Shown here: positions 14,282 to 27,500 of the stretch, one piece after another
Layout of the letters: each line of letters starts with the position of its first letter
Position numbering within the stretch: position 1 is the stretch's first letter
NCBI GenBank assembly: GCA_000934665.2
Contig: JYFJ02000425.1
Location: 62,001-126,000, forward strand
Reading direction: 5' to 3'
Origin: Catajapyx aquilonaris
Taxonomy: Eukaryota
Length of the DNA: 64,000 bases
The notes under the pieces: model-generated
What the model saw: the letters and a program-made list of their open reading frames with translations, nothing else
Database searches by the model: none
What the model was told of the DNA's origin: nothing
Made by a program: the position numbers and the translations under genes

Positions 14282-14804
14282 TTCTTACTTTGATGTATTG
14301 GCAGAAAAAACTTGTGCAGTTGAGTACAATAAATTATGCAATTGGTATGTGATGAACTTTAATTGCATTCTATGAGTACACTACAGTACATAAAATGGGA
14401 GAAATCCTTAGGGCAATTGTAGCACCAAGATTTTGTTACAGCTGTTGTAGAGGACGAAATGACTAGAATCCAATAGTGTCAACTTCTTTCTTGCACCGAA
14501 GCGGTTTCTCCTATATGAATATAAACATACTGATTGTGAGTATGAGTGCATATCCCAAAGAGAGTTTGTGGATATAATGTTTTACAGGACACTAACATGC
14601 TGAGCCTTACATCCTGTATAATCTGCTAGAGTTCAAAATACAATAATGCATACCCGTACAGTCATGTAAGTATCGGTGTTCCTACAGTCAGACACGTCAG
14701 CCTTACACATCACATGAAATAGCTAGAAAACGACTTCAAATTCAGCGCATAATTGCTGTGTCGCGTGTGCTGTACGTGCAAGAGAAACTTACATGTTATG
14801 TAAT

Positions 14805-16790
14805 CTACTTCTTCTCTACTTCTATATTCTCTATCGCATCTCTAGACTTTTCTTTGCCGATCTTCCGTCCAGATAACACCTCCGAAAGAAACAGTACAAT
14901 CCCCAATCCCCAGCAAAAGATCAAAAGAAAATAAATTGCACCGCTCATCTGATGAAAATTCAAAGCCATGGAAATCTCATACAAACGATCCTTTTTTCTC
15001 GCATCTTTGATCCCCATCAAAATGCAAGCAGCATCAAAATACCGTCGCCCATGCTCATATATTCCGGAATCAAAATAGTACACCGTTATCCTAGCTATAA
15101 CTGGCGAAAGAATACTATATTTCTGCACAGATATTCCACCCATCAGTAAAATGGTGTCATCCTCTACCATCTGCGTCGCCAGTGTCCCTTCCTTGTCAAC
15201 GAACTGAGAACTACCTGCAATCAGTATGTCCTGTGTCGCAATGCAAGAATGATCATGCTGGATTGTTTTCAGGACACAAGTATTCAAATCAATATGGTCC
15301 TGCATGCCACGAATGATTGGCTCAAAAGCTTCATTTTCATTATTCAGCAACACACTGCTCAAATACGGTTTGAGAAACGCGATCATTCCATAACCCCACT
15401 TATTAGGCCATGTTCCCATTTCGTCAAAACTGGAGGGTAATTTCTCCAGCGTGGGCGAAGCAAGGTACCCGATGAAACGAGCTTCGTAACCGCAAATGAT
15501 GACAAGAGCAAATACCCACCAGAACGCTATGAATACTCGAGGAGGGTGACCACTAGGGATGGAGTTAGGATTTTCTTCAATCAGGGTCGCAAACAGGTAG
15601 TAAAATGCATAGAGCAGGAGGGATTTAGGTGGACGATCAGGAAACGGATCATCAGGTTCGAAATGGTGTTTCAGGATGTAGTAAAACACAAAGCTGCTCA
15701 ACAGTGTGGCCAGAAATATCAGCAGCCACATAGAAGGAGTGTATGGTTTGACCACAGCCTGCCACGAATAGCTAATTCTGGGTTTCCTGGTGATGAAGCT
15801 TAAAGTACCAAACCCCATTGGATATGGCAAATCCACAGCTCTTAGCGCAACATCGCTGTACATAAATGCACCAAACACAGCCTTCCTGGTTAATATGTCC
15901 CCAGCCTGTCCTGTGAAGTTGCCATCAGGTAAGGGCGTATCGGGTATGACCCCTTCTTCTAGTTCTGTCGCCTCCATATTAAAATCAAAATTCATTGCGT
16001 AGCTCAATGGCAGGAGATATATAATCTGTGGCAACATGGGAAGGTAACTGTCCACAACGTACTGAATCTCGCTCCTGGACATATCCAGGGGGAAGGTCGC
16101 GTTCAGGAACTTGCCATGGAGATTTCTAGAGTAATCAGGATACAGCTCGTTGTTAGTAGGCATATCTCGGCCTGTGTATGAACCAAGCATAACAACTTCT
16201 GGATTGCCTTTGTTGCAAAACTGACAGTTGCTGACAAGCTGAAGAGCCTTGTCCTCATAGGACACTCCAAGCTGGAACAGGAACAACTCAGTGCTGGGGT
16301 GCAAGAAGACATCTTTGACAGAACCTTCTCTGCACCAGAATAGGAACTTGTCATGTGCTGTCTTGATCTTGATTATACTGGCCAGGTAGTGCAGCAGGGG
16401 TTGGACATTTCGGGCTTCCAGTGCCAGCAGGTAGTACGCACACTGATGTATCGGCGTAGCAGTTGGTCTCTCCAACCAGGAGAACCAGTACTCGAAGTTT
16501 CCTGGGCCGGTATTACGAGGAGGTGGTGGTGTCGATTTGCTCCATTTGATGGTCAGAACAAAGGTGTTGTTTTCATAGAGGGTTGACAAAAGTTGCTCGA
16601 ATGAATCAGGGATGATTGGATAGTCGGTGACAAACACAAAGAGACACTGAGGATTCTCACTGAGCAAATGATATGCAAATTGCGACACCAGAGCTTCTTG
16701 GGGGTCCTTCACTGAACTAAGGATTATTTTCGAGAACCCAATGTGAATGAGGACCAGGAGTGGAAGCCAGAGAATCATTCTGAATAACAT
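14805..16790 (-). CDS. Divergent ionotropic receptor (IR, variant iGluR chemoreceptor), intronless, 661 aa
   Basis: Single long ORF with a signal peptide and S1 region (DGNFTGQAGDIL). Then M1 (KPYTPSMWLLIF), pore loop (YYLFATLIEE), M2 (PRVFIAFWWVFALVIICGYEARFIGYL) and M3 (LNFHQMSGAIYFLL...FLSE). Confidence 0.88.
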   Translation of the reverse strand: MLFRMILWLPLLVLIHIGFSKIILSSVKDPQEALVSQFAYHLLSENPQCLFVFVTDYPIIPDSFEQLLSTLYENNTFVLTIKWSKSTPPPPRNTGPGNFEYWFSWLERPTATPIHQCAYYLLALEARNVQPLLHYLASIIKIKTAHDKFLFWCREGSVKDVFLHPSTELFLFQLGVSYEDKALQLVSNCQFCNKGNPEVVMLGSYTGRDMPTNNELYPDYSRNLHGKFLNATFPLDMSRSEIQYVVDSYLPMLPQIIYLLPLSYAMNFDFNMEATELEEGVIPDTPLPDGNFTGQAGDILTRKAVFGAFMYSDVALRAVDLPYPMGFGTLSFITRKPRISYSWQAVVKPYTPSMWLLIFLATLLSSFVFYYILKHHFEPDDPFPDRPPKSLLLYAFYYLFATLIEENPNSIPSGHPPRVFIAFWWVFALVIICGYEARFIGYLASPTLEKLPSSFDEMGTWPNKWGYGMIAFLKPYLSSVLLNNENEAFEPIIRGMQDHIDLNTCVLKTIQHDHSCIATQDILIAGSSQFVDKEGTLATQMVEDDTILLMGGISVQKYSILSPVIARITVYYFDSGIYEHGRRYFDAACILMGIKDARKKDRLYEISMALNFHQMSGAIYFLLIFCWGLGIVLFLSEVLSGRKIGKEKSRDAIENIEVEKK

Positions 16791-17399
16791 GGCTGTCCTG
16801 AACTTCTAACGGATTTCTTCCGTTCACTGAATTTATAGGAACCCTAGACATTACTCAACGTATAGATCAGACATGGAATAATGGTTTTAATTTAGTCCTC
16901 AAACATTGAAATTGTCTATAGAAGTTTGTTCATAAATCTGTGGCATAAATATTACATATCTAATCTGAAAGTTGTCAAATGTGATATTCAACATGTCTTT
17001 GCACAGTATGTTTGCATATCAAGATAAACATTGCCATTACATTCTGTGATAGATGGTAGCAGCTAAAATTATTGATAGAATAGGAATCCCAATTTAATGA
17101 CGGAACATGGGACGAGAAGAGATTTACTAGGAGTTAGGCCTATAATAACATATTCATGTGAACTCGTAACATATTGGAGCATGTAACTTCAAAAAAATCC
17201 CTGCAAATGTGCTATTATAAAGCATAATCCTGCACATCTGTTACTTGCAAATGGTGAAAAGCTAAACCAACTTACAAATGCGGCTTCTTTGCACATTCAG
17301 CAATGTTAGTGACCTCTGCAAATATTATAATGTTTGCAGTTTATTTTCAGTGTCAAATAGCGACCATGATAGCGACAGCCAGTTTAGCGGCTCCATAAC

Positions 17400-17715
17400 A
17401 CTTATATTCAGGTTTCTCATATCCATATGCTGGCTTCTCGCATTTCGGCTGCTTGTAGCCATACCGACAACTGCTCATACTTGGGCTGCTCGTATATCCG
17501 TAGAATATCTTCATGTATGTGGACTGCTCGTAGCTGTAGAACTGCTCGTACTTGGGCTGCTCGTATACCAAATACGAGAAGCCATCATGGTACTGATATG
17601 AGCAGCTCATTACGAGTGCTCCTGTGGATATGAGCATGAGCAGTCCAAATACAAGTAACCATTCTAGGGATATGAGCAGCCCAAGTAAGAGCAGTCGCAT
17701 GGCTATAAGCAGCTC
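17400..17715. repeat. Degenerate inverted array of GGATATGAGCAGCCCAAGTA-like units (GYEQPKYEQ-coding)
   Basis: Units read on the minus strand at about 17400-17570 and on the plus strand at about 17596-17715. Confidence 0.6.
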
Positions 17716-18157
17716 CTTCCCATCTTTCCTTTTGCTATTATTATTTTAGTAAGATTCCTCATAAGGATATCCATATCATATGCTCTGGAATATAATATGC
17801 TCTGGAAAATTCCACGTGGTAGTGACTCACGGGCAAACACTGGAGCACCTCTGAGCATCATCTGAAGCGCCAACCAACAGTGCAGGGCACCGAATCCTTT
17901 CCGAAGCCCTCCTGACCTATATACTCTAACAACCGTGACCTGACCTGACATGCTGCAGATCGGAGCCTTATTCGTGCTGATGCAGACGATGAGTGACGTA
18001 ACCCTGTGAGCAGTTCTTGTGTCGCGAACCCGAACGCATCTCTCCTCCTCCCCCCCCCCCTCCCCCTCCCAAAGGTTGCCAGATCCACACATGCGTCATG
18101 TGATTTTGTCTCCATTTCCACTAGTGCTTGGGCCTGAGTCAGCTGAAGGAAGGAGCG

Positions 18158-21100
18158 ATGGACTGGAGCTGCACGGTTGGACTCAGAGGCATGGGGGCCC
18201 TCCTGCTCGGCCTCCTCCTCTGCCTAGGAACATGTGAGTATTATACATAGCCTTAGATGGGGCCATCAGGGGAAGAGCTGGGAAGAAGGGAGCCAGATTC
18301 GTTGCTCTCAGGCTGCGAGAAGGTGCTGGAAGGTGGGAAGGTCTTTGTGGGGTAAGAGTGGCACAAAGTGAGGTACTAGTGTTTCCATCTTTGTTTCAAT
18401 CTCCATCTGACGCATTTATGCGTCTCGACTGACTTGTAGGAAATTATTGGAAACTCCTGGTCACTAAAGTTGACCATAAATTCAACCTTAATGCCATTCT
18501 CTGACATTGAATCGCCTTTCCCACACTTCCTGCACCTAGGAATACATCAAGTACAGTTCTGGTCATATATCGAGGCAACCGCCAGCGACATTTTCCGAAG
18601 CGGCGGAAGAAGGAATCGAAAATAAGCATACTTCAAGCATGGGCGAGCAAGATTCCTTCTTTTGCCGCTTCGGAAAATGTTGCTGGCGGTTGCCTCGATA
18701 TATGACCAGAACTGTACTAGTCTTTTTTCTCATGAAAGGCATGGATTTTCAATGATTGTGTGCCAAGAAGATCAGAAAGTAACCTGCAATGGTTCATGTT
18801 GCTACAAGGAGTAGAAAACCGGGTTCACATGGCCATTATATCTGAGTACTAGTAAATGTCAAAATTGTGCAAATTTTATTGTACCGTAGCGTGCGAACCG
18901 AACTTTTCCGAGTTACTGTCATGTCACATAATATACTTACACTTGCTTTTCGTTGCAGGTATGTCATCTGAAGTGTCATTCCTGCAGGTCCCAAAGTGCA
19001 TGTATTTTGATGGAAACAGCCCACTGAGGGCAAGTCAGCTCCGAGATGTGCTGTCTGCCATGATGGGATACACAGTGCAAAGGGTATGACACAATATCAT
19101 GTTGAATTATGGAGAAGTTTTGCAGATTAGCCAGCGTTTGATTGAATGTATGTGTTAACTCAACTGGACTACAATACATTACAATACAAATGTATTTCTT
19201 CTTGCTCTTTGGAAGTTTTATTTTTATTCAGTTAGGTTAAGAAATTATTATCTCTGTCAATGAAGGTGAAACCAGAATTATGTGCCATGCAAATACATGT
19301 AACAATGGGATATCAGCTATGTTAACATTCACAGTCAACTGATACTAGCTGATGAATCATTATCTGGTGACTCCCACGAGTCACTGGTAGAATCAGAATA
19401 AGGTGCTTTAGCTGATAGATATTAATCAATTGCAATGTCACAAGCCAAAAAAAAAGGACATTGCTCATCTACTAAATATGTTTTAACTGTATCATTGCAG
19501 GAAGTGAACTTTCCTGTTCTGAAAATCCCTACCCCATTTTGCCATGCGGAGGGAGTGGCAATGGTAAGTGTGTCTGGCCTCGCATCTGGGTTTCCATTGG
19601 AGGGGGTCAGCTTTCCTCTGGTGGATGACAACTCAGATGTCGATGACACGTACCCAGCACTGGAGTCACGGACACGCAAGCGGTACCAGGGAAGGAACTC
19701 AACTTTCCTTCGGATGGATCTATCAGATGCCGCAGACTCCCAAAATGTATGTTGCATATTTACAGTTAGGTGCAATAATTTACATAAAATGCATACACTT
19801 TTCCAGTTGGTGATTGGACCACAATTGTTCCGTGATGTGGTGCTGACACCAGAAGGATTTGAGCTCCATGATCTGGACCTGAATCAAGTTCCAGATAGAT
19901 TGTTTTTGGAGGAGATGCAAATGCTGAAGGAAGTTGTTGCCAACGTATGTTACACATTAATTTAGTGATAAATTTGACAATGTACTGGGAAAACGTGAAA
20001 ATAAGTTTTGTGCCTTTGCATTTTCAATGGCAATAGACATGGGTTGAAAAATATTATGTAGTGGTAGAGGCATCTTTCTATTATGATAACATAACGGGGA
20101 GACGGAGTGGCGCCGCGGTAACGCGCGCGCCCACGGAAGTTAAGGTCACGGGTTCAATCCCCACCCGGGGTTCCCACCTTCTTTCGTGCAGAGTTGGGCC
20201 ATCTCTGGCTTCGTTTCGGGTGGCAATTTCCGATAGACTAAGCCACCCGGGGGAGTTCACAAAATGACGATTAGAGACATTGCACTTGCACTTTGCACAT
20301 CCCCTCCCACCCACCCTTGGAGTACACTAATTGAGATCTTCTTAAACTCGCTCCAAAAATCAAATTCCAATGGTGGTAACCCACCCTCCCTAAGGAGTAG
20401 CATAACTCCCCCCGTGGGGTAATGAAAAAAAAAAAAAAAAAAAATGATACATAATGGTTGGCCTTGACTGTGCATGTTGCACTTATGTGCAGCAGTAGGT
20501 GGAAACTAGCTGGCCCTGGCTAGAGTGTACAGTGCTGGACATTAATTCCGTCATACAGCTAGCGACATTTTCCGATGCGGCAGACATGCAAATCGAAGTG
20601 ATAGCACGAGCCTTGCGAGTAAGAATGGTAGCCCTTGGGTGATGTCACTGGCTGGGAACAAAGCCTTTTCTCCATTGCCCTCCATCCGGTGACGTCACTC
20701 AAGGCTCCTCCTTCTTACACGCACGGCTCACACTCTATCACTTCGATTTGCACTTCTGCAGCATCAGAAAATGTCGCAAGCAGTATGATGTGATTAATGT
20801 CCAACACTGTACCCATTCTTATTATTTTAGAGAAGTTAGGCGTGAACAGTCATGTGTTGCAAACATGGGCAAAGGATGAAATATGGGAAGTTGCACCTAT
20901 GAATGTGTACCTGGAATGATTTGATTTGATTTGATTTGATTGATTGATTGATTGTGTACCTGGAATGTGTGCTATTGTAAGTGGCTGGTGGAGGTGTGTG
21001 GTCTGGACATCATGTCACAGAAAGTGGTGTGGATGTGTTGGCTCTGACACAGTAATTCCCATCATGGAATTGTTGGCACGATCGCTGCACCAGCCACTTG

Positions 21101-22134
21101 GGGATTACGGCACCACACCTGCTGAGTGCACATTCATAACCTTAAACTTCCCAGACTCTTTCGTCCACATTTGCGACACATCTCCAGAAGTGATGAGGTC
21201 AGACATGCTCGTTTCCGACTACTACTACTACGCATGCGCCCAACATGTACCCCCGCGAGCATAAAGATGGAGACGGCAGGCCCTTTTTTGACCATTCTTT
21301 ATCCGACTCAAATTAATGAACTCTTTTGGGACCGAGTTAGCTGCATCAGGCGTGTGTTCGTGTATTTATGACAGTATATTTCATACCGTAATAGCTGCAA
21401 TTGGCAGAGCAGCCTGCCGTCACCATCTTTATGCTCGCGGGTGTACAATCAAGGCTGACCATCATATTTTGTAACTGAAAATGCATGAAAATGTCTCAGC
21501 TTCAAAAATATAAGTACATGCGATACATATTTAGGACTTACCTAGTAGTTTATGGCTCAAGAGCAGGGATATATGAAGTGTCTATTACATTACAGGTTCC
21601 CCTTAGCCCTGACCTACGCAATGGTGCTGGTGATGTACTGTGGCTGAAATCAATTGGCCTCACTGGGGTGATAGAAACATATGGACCCAAGTCACCACAG
21701 GTGGCAGAGGCTAGGCAGGTTGTGGGGCAGGTGATGCTTGCTCTGAGCGAGGTCTTGGACGCAGCGTATGAGGGCAAGGTGGTGGTTGGAATGGTGGCTC
21801 AAGGCAATGCCGCAGAGGTTTCACAAGGGCGAGTCAGGAAGGTCCGTGCCGCTGGTGACACACCAGCTGAGTCTACTTCCTTCGCGAAAAAGGTCAACCT
21901 TTCGAAGAATTACCCTGAAAACTACCCTGCAATGTTTAACATCTTTCTGTGGACCATGATTGCCTTCTTCATTGTACTTGCCATTGTTATTGGTAAGTGT
22001 GAGCTTGTCATATGTTGTGGCAGTCACTAAGGTACATTCTTATCTACTTTTCAGTGGGAACTTGCACAATGGACCCAGGAAAGGATTCCATCATCTACCG
22101 CGTCACTAGTCAACGTATGAAGAAAGAAAATTAG
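18158..22134 (+). CDS. ATP6AP2: V-ATPase accessory protein 2 / (pro)renin receptor homolog
   Basis: Signal-peptide exon (ATG at 18158 or 18191), then DVLSAMMGYTV and DRLFLEEMQML. Furin-like site RVRKVR, TM segment NYPAMFNIFLWTMIAFF, and C-terminal MDPGKDSIIYRVTSQRMKKEN. Confidence 0.93.
18554..18714. mobile_element. Foldback MITE, Tc1/mariner-pogo type, in ATP6AP2 intron 1
   Basis: Long near-perfect inverted repeats CAGTTCTGGTCATATATCGAGGCAACCGCCAGC..., with TA on both flanks. Confidence 0.8.
20096..20443 (+). mobile_element. tRNA-derived SINE in ATP6AP2 intron
   Basis: A-box-like TGGCGCCGCGG, B-box GGTTCAATCCC and a poly(A) tail at 20425-20443. Imperfect target-site duplication ATGATA(A)CATAA. 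Confidence 0.75.
20530..20809. mobile_element. MITE related to the 18554-18714 element
   Basis: TIRs CAGTGCTGGACATTAAT... and ...ATTAATGTCCAACACTG with TA flanks. Shares the internal GCGACATTTTCCGA(A/T)GCGGC core with the 18.6-kb element. Confidence 0.75.
21250..21443. mobile_element. MITE with about 25-bp TIRs
   Basis: CCCCCGCGAGCATAAAGATGGAGACGGCAGGC ... GCCTGCCGTCACCATCTTTATGCTCGCGGGTG, flanked by TA. Confidence 0.7.
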
Positions 22135-22705
22135 GAAGTACAGCACTAGTCTAAATTTGAGGCATTCCAGTAGTTTGTACACTTGCAGATGAGTTGTTAA
22201 TTATTATTTGTTGTGCACAATTTTTTATAATCCAGTATTGCCCTTTGTGAAGCTCGAGTGATTCCATTGAGATTTCAGGTGTCTAGTGCAATTGTGAAGA
22301 ATTGCTGGGTTAAATATGTGTCGATATGTGTAAATAAATTGTTGATTGTGATTTTTCTTTTGATTCTTTTACGTTTAAAAAGCTTAGGTGCAGTAAACTG
22401 GTTTTATGAGCAAAACAAAAAAAGGCAAGGTGTTTTTCCTATCTTAATTATCAGAAATAGGAGCTACACAAGAACTGGTAAAGTTACTCTTGGAGGAACA
22501 AAGGAAAATCTGCAGTGAAGGAGGCTAAATTACCATAAAAGCTTTAATGCAGTCAGAGTCTTGTGATCAATCCCACTTTCCACAATACAATCATTGAATG
22601 TAACTTATAAAAATAACTTCCCTGCTATCAGTCACATCAGTTTCACATTGTAACTCTCAAGTTGCACACTTACGTCTTATACAAGCTTTCTGTAATGAGA
22701 CATGC

Positions 22706-23592
22706 TCATAACTCATCTCCTGCATGCCCTTTATTTTCCATTTTCTCAGTTGGTGTTTCTACCAGACAGCTGACATCATCTTTCCGTAATGCTCTCTCTG
22801 CACACAAATACTGCATCAGTGGAGTCTCTCCTTGCCAGTCTCGGTACCATTCTTCAATATCAGATTCGTGTGTTTCTAATAGTGATTCACACTGCAACAG
22901 ACATGTCGTTGGTTATCTCAGTTACAGCCAGTCAAGAAAAACCAAAGGCAGTGCTGTACTAACCTGTGCCTTCAGCTGCGTTATTTCCACAGATGGCTTG
23001 TCCCACAACTCGTATGGAATTCCTAGTTCAACTTTCACTCCTTTGTCTCTGTCAAAATAAATGGCACATTAAATACAGGAACATCATGAAACAGTGTAAC
23101 ATGAAATACTAACACTAGTCCATGAAGAGTCTTGAATGTTTGGCTCATGCCTTTGGCAAATCTTGTACTATCACTCCGTTCCTTGTGAACATTGTATTCT
23201 AAAATGCGCTCACATACACCTTCCAGACTCTCCAGCAACCGCAATTCTCTAGAAGGAAATCAGCCAGTGTCATTAGGAGTCAAGCCATGGCTATGCATTC
23301 CCAGGTACTCACGATTTGCGATACTTGGTTCGCTTCTTCCTATTATCTCCATCTAGAGAGTAGCCCATTTCCACCACACCATGAGATCGCCCCGTTTCAT
23401 CTAACCGTGCCTCCAGCTCCGTAGCTAGGACTTTACACACTGCAGGAGAAAATGCTTTATTAACAATTAAAATGAATATATCAGTTCCTCACCTTCACAC
23501 TGTGAAGCAAACTTGACACCATGCTCATCTTCTGTGCTCTCAGCATTGCACAAGTGGAGAAGCAGAAATAAGGTGACACCAAAGAGGTTCAT
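22706..23592 (-). CDS. Canopy family ER chaperone (CNPY3/CNPY4-like), 5 exons
   Basis: Signal peptide, then [52 protein letters not shown] and [20 protein letters not shown]. Ends in GDEL (ER-retention-like). Confidence 0.9.
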
Positions 23593-24560
23593 CACTTACT
23601 CCAGAAGTGTCCCTGAACACTCTGAAAGTAAAGAAGTTGCACAGCTAATTTTACAGCAAACAAGTCCTTTCTTCATGAAAAAAAACAACAACACAATCCT
23701 GCTGATGATGCCACCCGCAAGACCCTTTCTAGCAATATTCTCTGCAATTTCTACAATTATTTGCTGCCAACCTGAGCGACACCCGACTGACAGTACCCAG
23801 ACTTGTGCAACGGCCAAGCGACGAGGACATTTTACCTTGCGAAAATTCCTTCCTGCAAATTATCTGTCAAGATAAAGTGTGTTTCAAGTGCTGTACGCCG
23901 CCATCTTAGAGGCAGGCTGCCAGATGCACGCAATGAATTGAACATATTTTAACATTAATTTGAAGTAAATATTATTGTAAGAAAATAAATGGATTCATTT
24001 TGCTCTTGCGGTGGTAAATTAATTCAATTGGAATTGCGACTTGAGTGCCACCTGGCGATTAGAGCTTGCTAGCTAGCTTGTTTGTTTGTTTGTTTGTTTG
24101 TTGACATCTCTGATCCTCCACCTGCCTTTCCTTCGTCAGCATTGTTGCTGTTTGGCTCGACTGAACCCCCTTCCCCTGATTGTTGTGAATTCTCATCTGT
24201 TGGAGATGAGTCCTCGGGCGGTTCTGCACCGGCTGAGGGAGGGGAACGCCAAGGGCCGAGTGTCGGGAGAGCACCACCAGGACAAGTCCGCCCTGGGACT
24301 GGCCCCAGGAGGGCTCAGGCCATCGGGACACTCCGCCTCTCTGAGGCCCCACTCCGCCATGGGCTGCTGCTGCGGGCGGGACACCTTCTGAGAACCAGGC
24401 GCAATTCAAAAAAGAAAGGTGCTGATCACCTGAGCATTTTGCTATAGTCAGAAATGCAGTAGGTTGCAAATCCCATGTGACATATATGTGTGTTATTTTC
24501 AGGCATGCTTTTGGAGCCAACCATTTGACAGGTCTTAGTGTGTGGTGAGGCAGAGTGACG

Positions 24561-27500
24561 ATGGGGGTGCTAGATTGGAAGTGGCTGAAGAGCCTGAAGC
24601 CACAGCAGTGGGAAGAGGATGACATGGAAGAGGTATACGACATCATCTCCGAGTATGCACTCCTTCCAGACGACACAACCGTGGAAAAACTGACCGTCTT
24701 GTTCAACCTGACCCATTCAATCATGAAGAGCAAAGGAGAGCAGGTGAGTGGTAATTGTGTGTGCCAGTGCAGAGAGTTGGAAGAATAATATAATGTTGTT
24801 GCAGGCCGAAGCCTTGGGAGAGGAGTTGGAAGAGCTGGAGTCGGTGAAGGGGAAAGGTGATTCACATGGGCGCATAAAGCAGCTAGAGAAAGAAGTGGAG
24901 AGTCTCAAGAAGGAGCTCAAGGACGAGAAGAAGGGATCCCGCTCTTCCAGAGGTAAATGATATGCTTAATGTTGCCTGTGAGTTACTCAACAGGATTGCC
25001 AATAAATGTGTGACAAATCAGTAATATCAGTTTATTGTGAAAATGCTCGTTTTCTTTTTCTTCATTATTCAAGGTTCAAATAGTATAATTATGACATTAG
25101 GTAGTGAGTTCTAAGCAATATTGATTGGTGATTGACTTGCGTAATGAAGTGCTTATTTTAATATTAGGATACGAGGTGTAATCAAAAAGTTCCCGGACTG
25201 TCGATATACCATGCAAACCAGTGGAGGTACAAACTTGTGACGTTAGGGAGCGCTAGGTGCACCTTTCAGCTATTAGTCTGAAAAATTTCGTCTTCATAGG
25301 TGCACATGTTTCCGAGTTTCGGTCGTTTTCTTGACACCGTGTTCTTGTGTTTCTGCGATTTTTCGAAATGGCTGATGTTCGGGAGCAAAAGATTAAATTT
25401 TGCTTCCAGCTCAACAAAACTTCAGATGCAACCAACCGAATGCTGAACAAGGCTTTTGATGAGCAAGTTGTAAGACAAGCAATAACATATGAGTGGTTTA
25501 ACAGCTTCAATGGTGGCGCGTCAAGTTCGCAGCAAAATCAACTCAATGCTGATCATTTTCTTTGACATTTTAGGAATTGTGCATATGGAGTTTTTCCCTC
25601 CTGGTAAAACAGTCAACGGCAAGTATTTCTGCGATGGTTTGAGACGATTTAGGCTCAAATGGCTGGAGATGTGGAAGAACAGAGTCTGGTTGCTGCACCA
25701 TGACAATGCTGCCTGCACATACCTCACACGTAGTCAGGGACTTCCTGACAAAAAACAACATGACCACTGTTCCCCACCCTGCATATTCGTTTGTCCTGGC
25801 ACCACGTGATTTCTACCTCTTCCCTAAAATGAAATTTGGGTAGAAAAGGAGGCATTTTGACTCCACTAAAGAGATCTAAGCAAAATCGCAGCAGGTTTTG
25901 AACACACTACTGTTACCCAATTTTTTTTTGGTGCTTCCAAATATGGGAAATTCGCTGGAATTGTTGTATACGTGCCCAAGGTGACTACTTTGAAGGTGGC
26001 AGTGGCAATTATGACTTAAAGTAAATAGTAATGTTTTTATGAATACAGTCCGGGAACTTTTCGATCACACCTCGTATGCTGTATAAAATGGTTAGTGACC
26101 AATTGAGAGACAGTACCTGTGCGCATTGTTCAATTAAGTATTCATTACAGGACGTAAGGACTCAGGGGTAAGAGAGGATGGCATCTCCATGGAAAAGCAG
26201 ATGGCAGCCTTAGAAAGGGAGCTGAATGAACGGAATAGAGAACTGGCAGCAGAGAAGAGGGAGACAGAAAAAGTAAGTGACCATTATAATTTCAAACGAC
26301 AGAAAGACCTGGAAGGAGTTAATGACATGCATTATGCGGCATGTCTACATTGACATGAAGTTGTGGTTTAACTGGTGCTCCTTGAACAGATGACTGCTCA
26401 AACCAATCGTTTGGAGCAAGAGAAGCGGGACCTGAGCAGAGATGTAGAATCCCTCCGAGAAGAACTTCGGGAATGCCTGAAGACGATGGATAGCCAGCAA
26501 GAGAACTGGGACACCCGTATGGAGCACCAGAAAGAGCTGGGTGGACAATTACGAGAGAAGAATCGACAGATTAACCAGCTGTTGGAAGATGCAGATGCTC
26601 TTGAAAAGGATAACAGGATGCTGCAGGATAAAGTGCGAAGCCTGGAGAAGGAGCTTAAGGATGGCACCAAGCAGATGGAGGGTGTCGTTGGGGAGCTTTT
26701 GCAGATGAGGGATACCCTCCAGGATAATCAGGAAAAGATGGAGGAAATTGGAGAGTATGTTAGCACCAGTTTCACCTATAGTGTAATGTAGTGATTACCA
26801 ACCGGGGGGTCGCGAACCTGGGTTAAACATTGTTTTTTTTTGCAATTTCCGTGTCAATTGAACAATCTTTGCGGCCGTACGGAGTGTATGTTTTCTGGAA
26901 AGGGGGCAGTTGTGGGAGGGGCTGGGGGGTCGCACATGTATGGAAATATGTTTAGGGGGTCGCAGTTGGTAAAAGGTTGGAAACCACTGGTGTAATGCAC
27001 CCCTCCTGGAATGAAATGAAAAGTACCCATTTTTAAATTTGAAGTGAATATTTGTATGATTTATAATAATGGTATTTGAAAGTTCTACTTTCACAGTTTT
27101 TGATGCTGCTACAAGTTTGTGAAGAGGAAACTAGTTATTTAAATAATTTTGCCATGTGAAAACCATTTCACCACTATCATTATTTTATCTTTTTGCAATT
27201 TTTAGGGAAAACTATGCCCTGAGGCAGCGTGTGGATGAGCTTCAGGGTTGGAAGGAGCGCCGCGAAGAAGAACTAGGGAAGATCAACTATGCAATAGATC
27301 GCAACATAGATGAATGGAAGAAAGTGCTGGATGCAAAGGATGAACAGATTGAGGAGCTTAAAATTAGACTCACAGAGGCTGAAGCCAGAGGTTCATACAA
27401 CCGAGAAGACCGTGATGTGGCAGAGTTGCAGAGGAAGCTCACAGAAAGGAACAAGCAGTTGGAGGAGATGCACGCTCAGCTGCTCTCTGCGACAGAGGAG

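Noticed and set aside
24059..24865. 268-aa minus-strand ORF and other long antisense ORFs over CEP290 (28054-28851, 33847-34470)
   Set aside because: They are shadows of a GC-rich 5' region and coiled-coil exons, with no recognisable domain.
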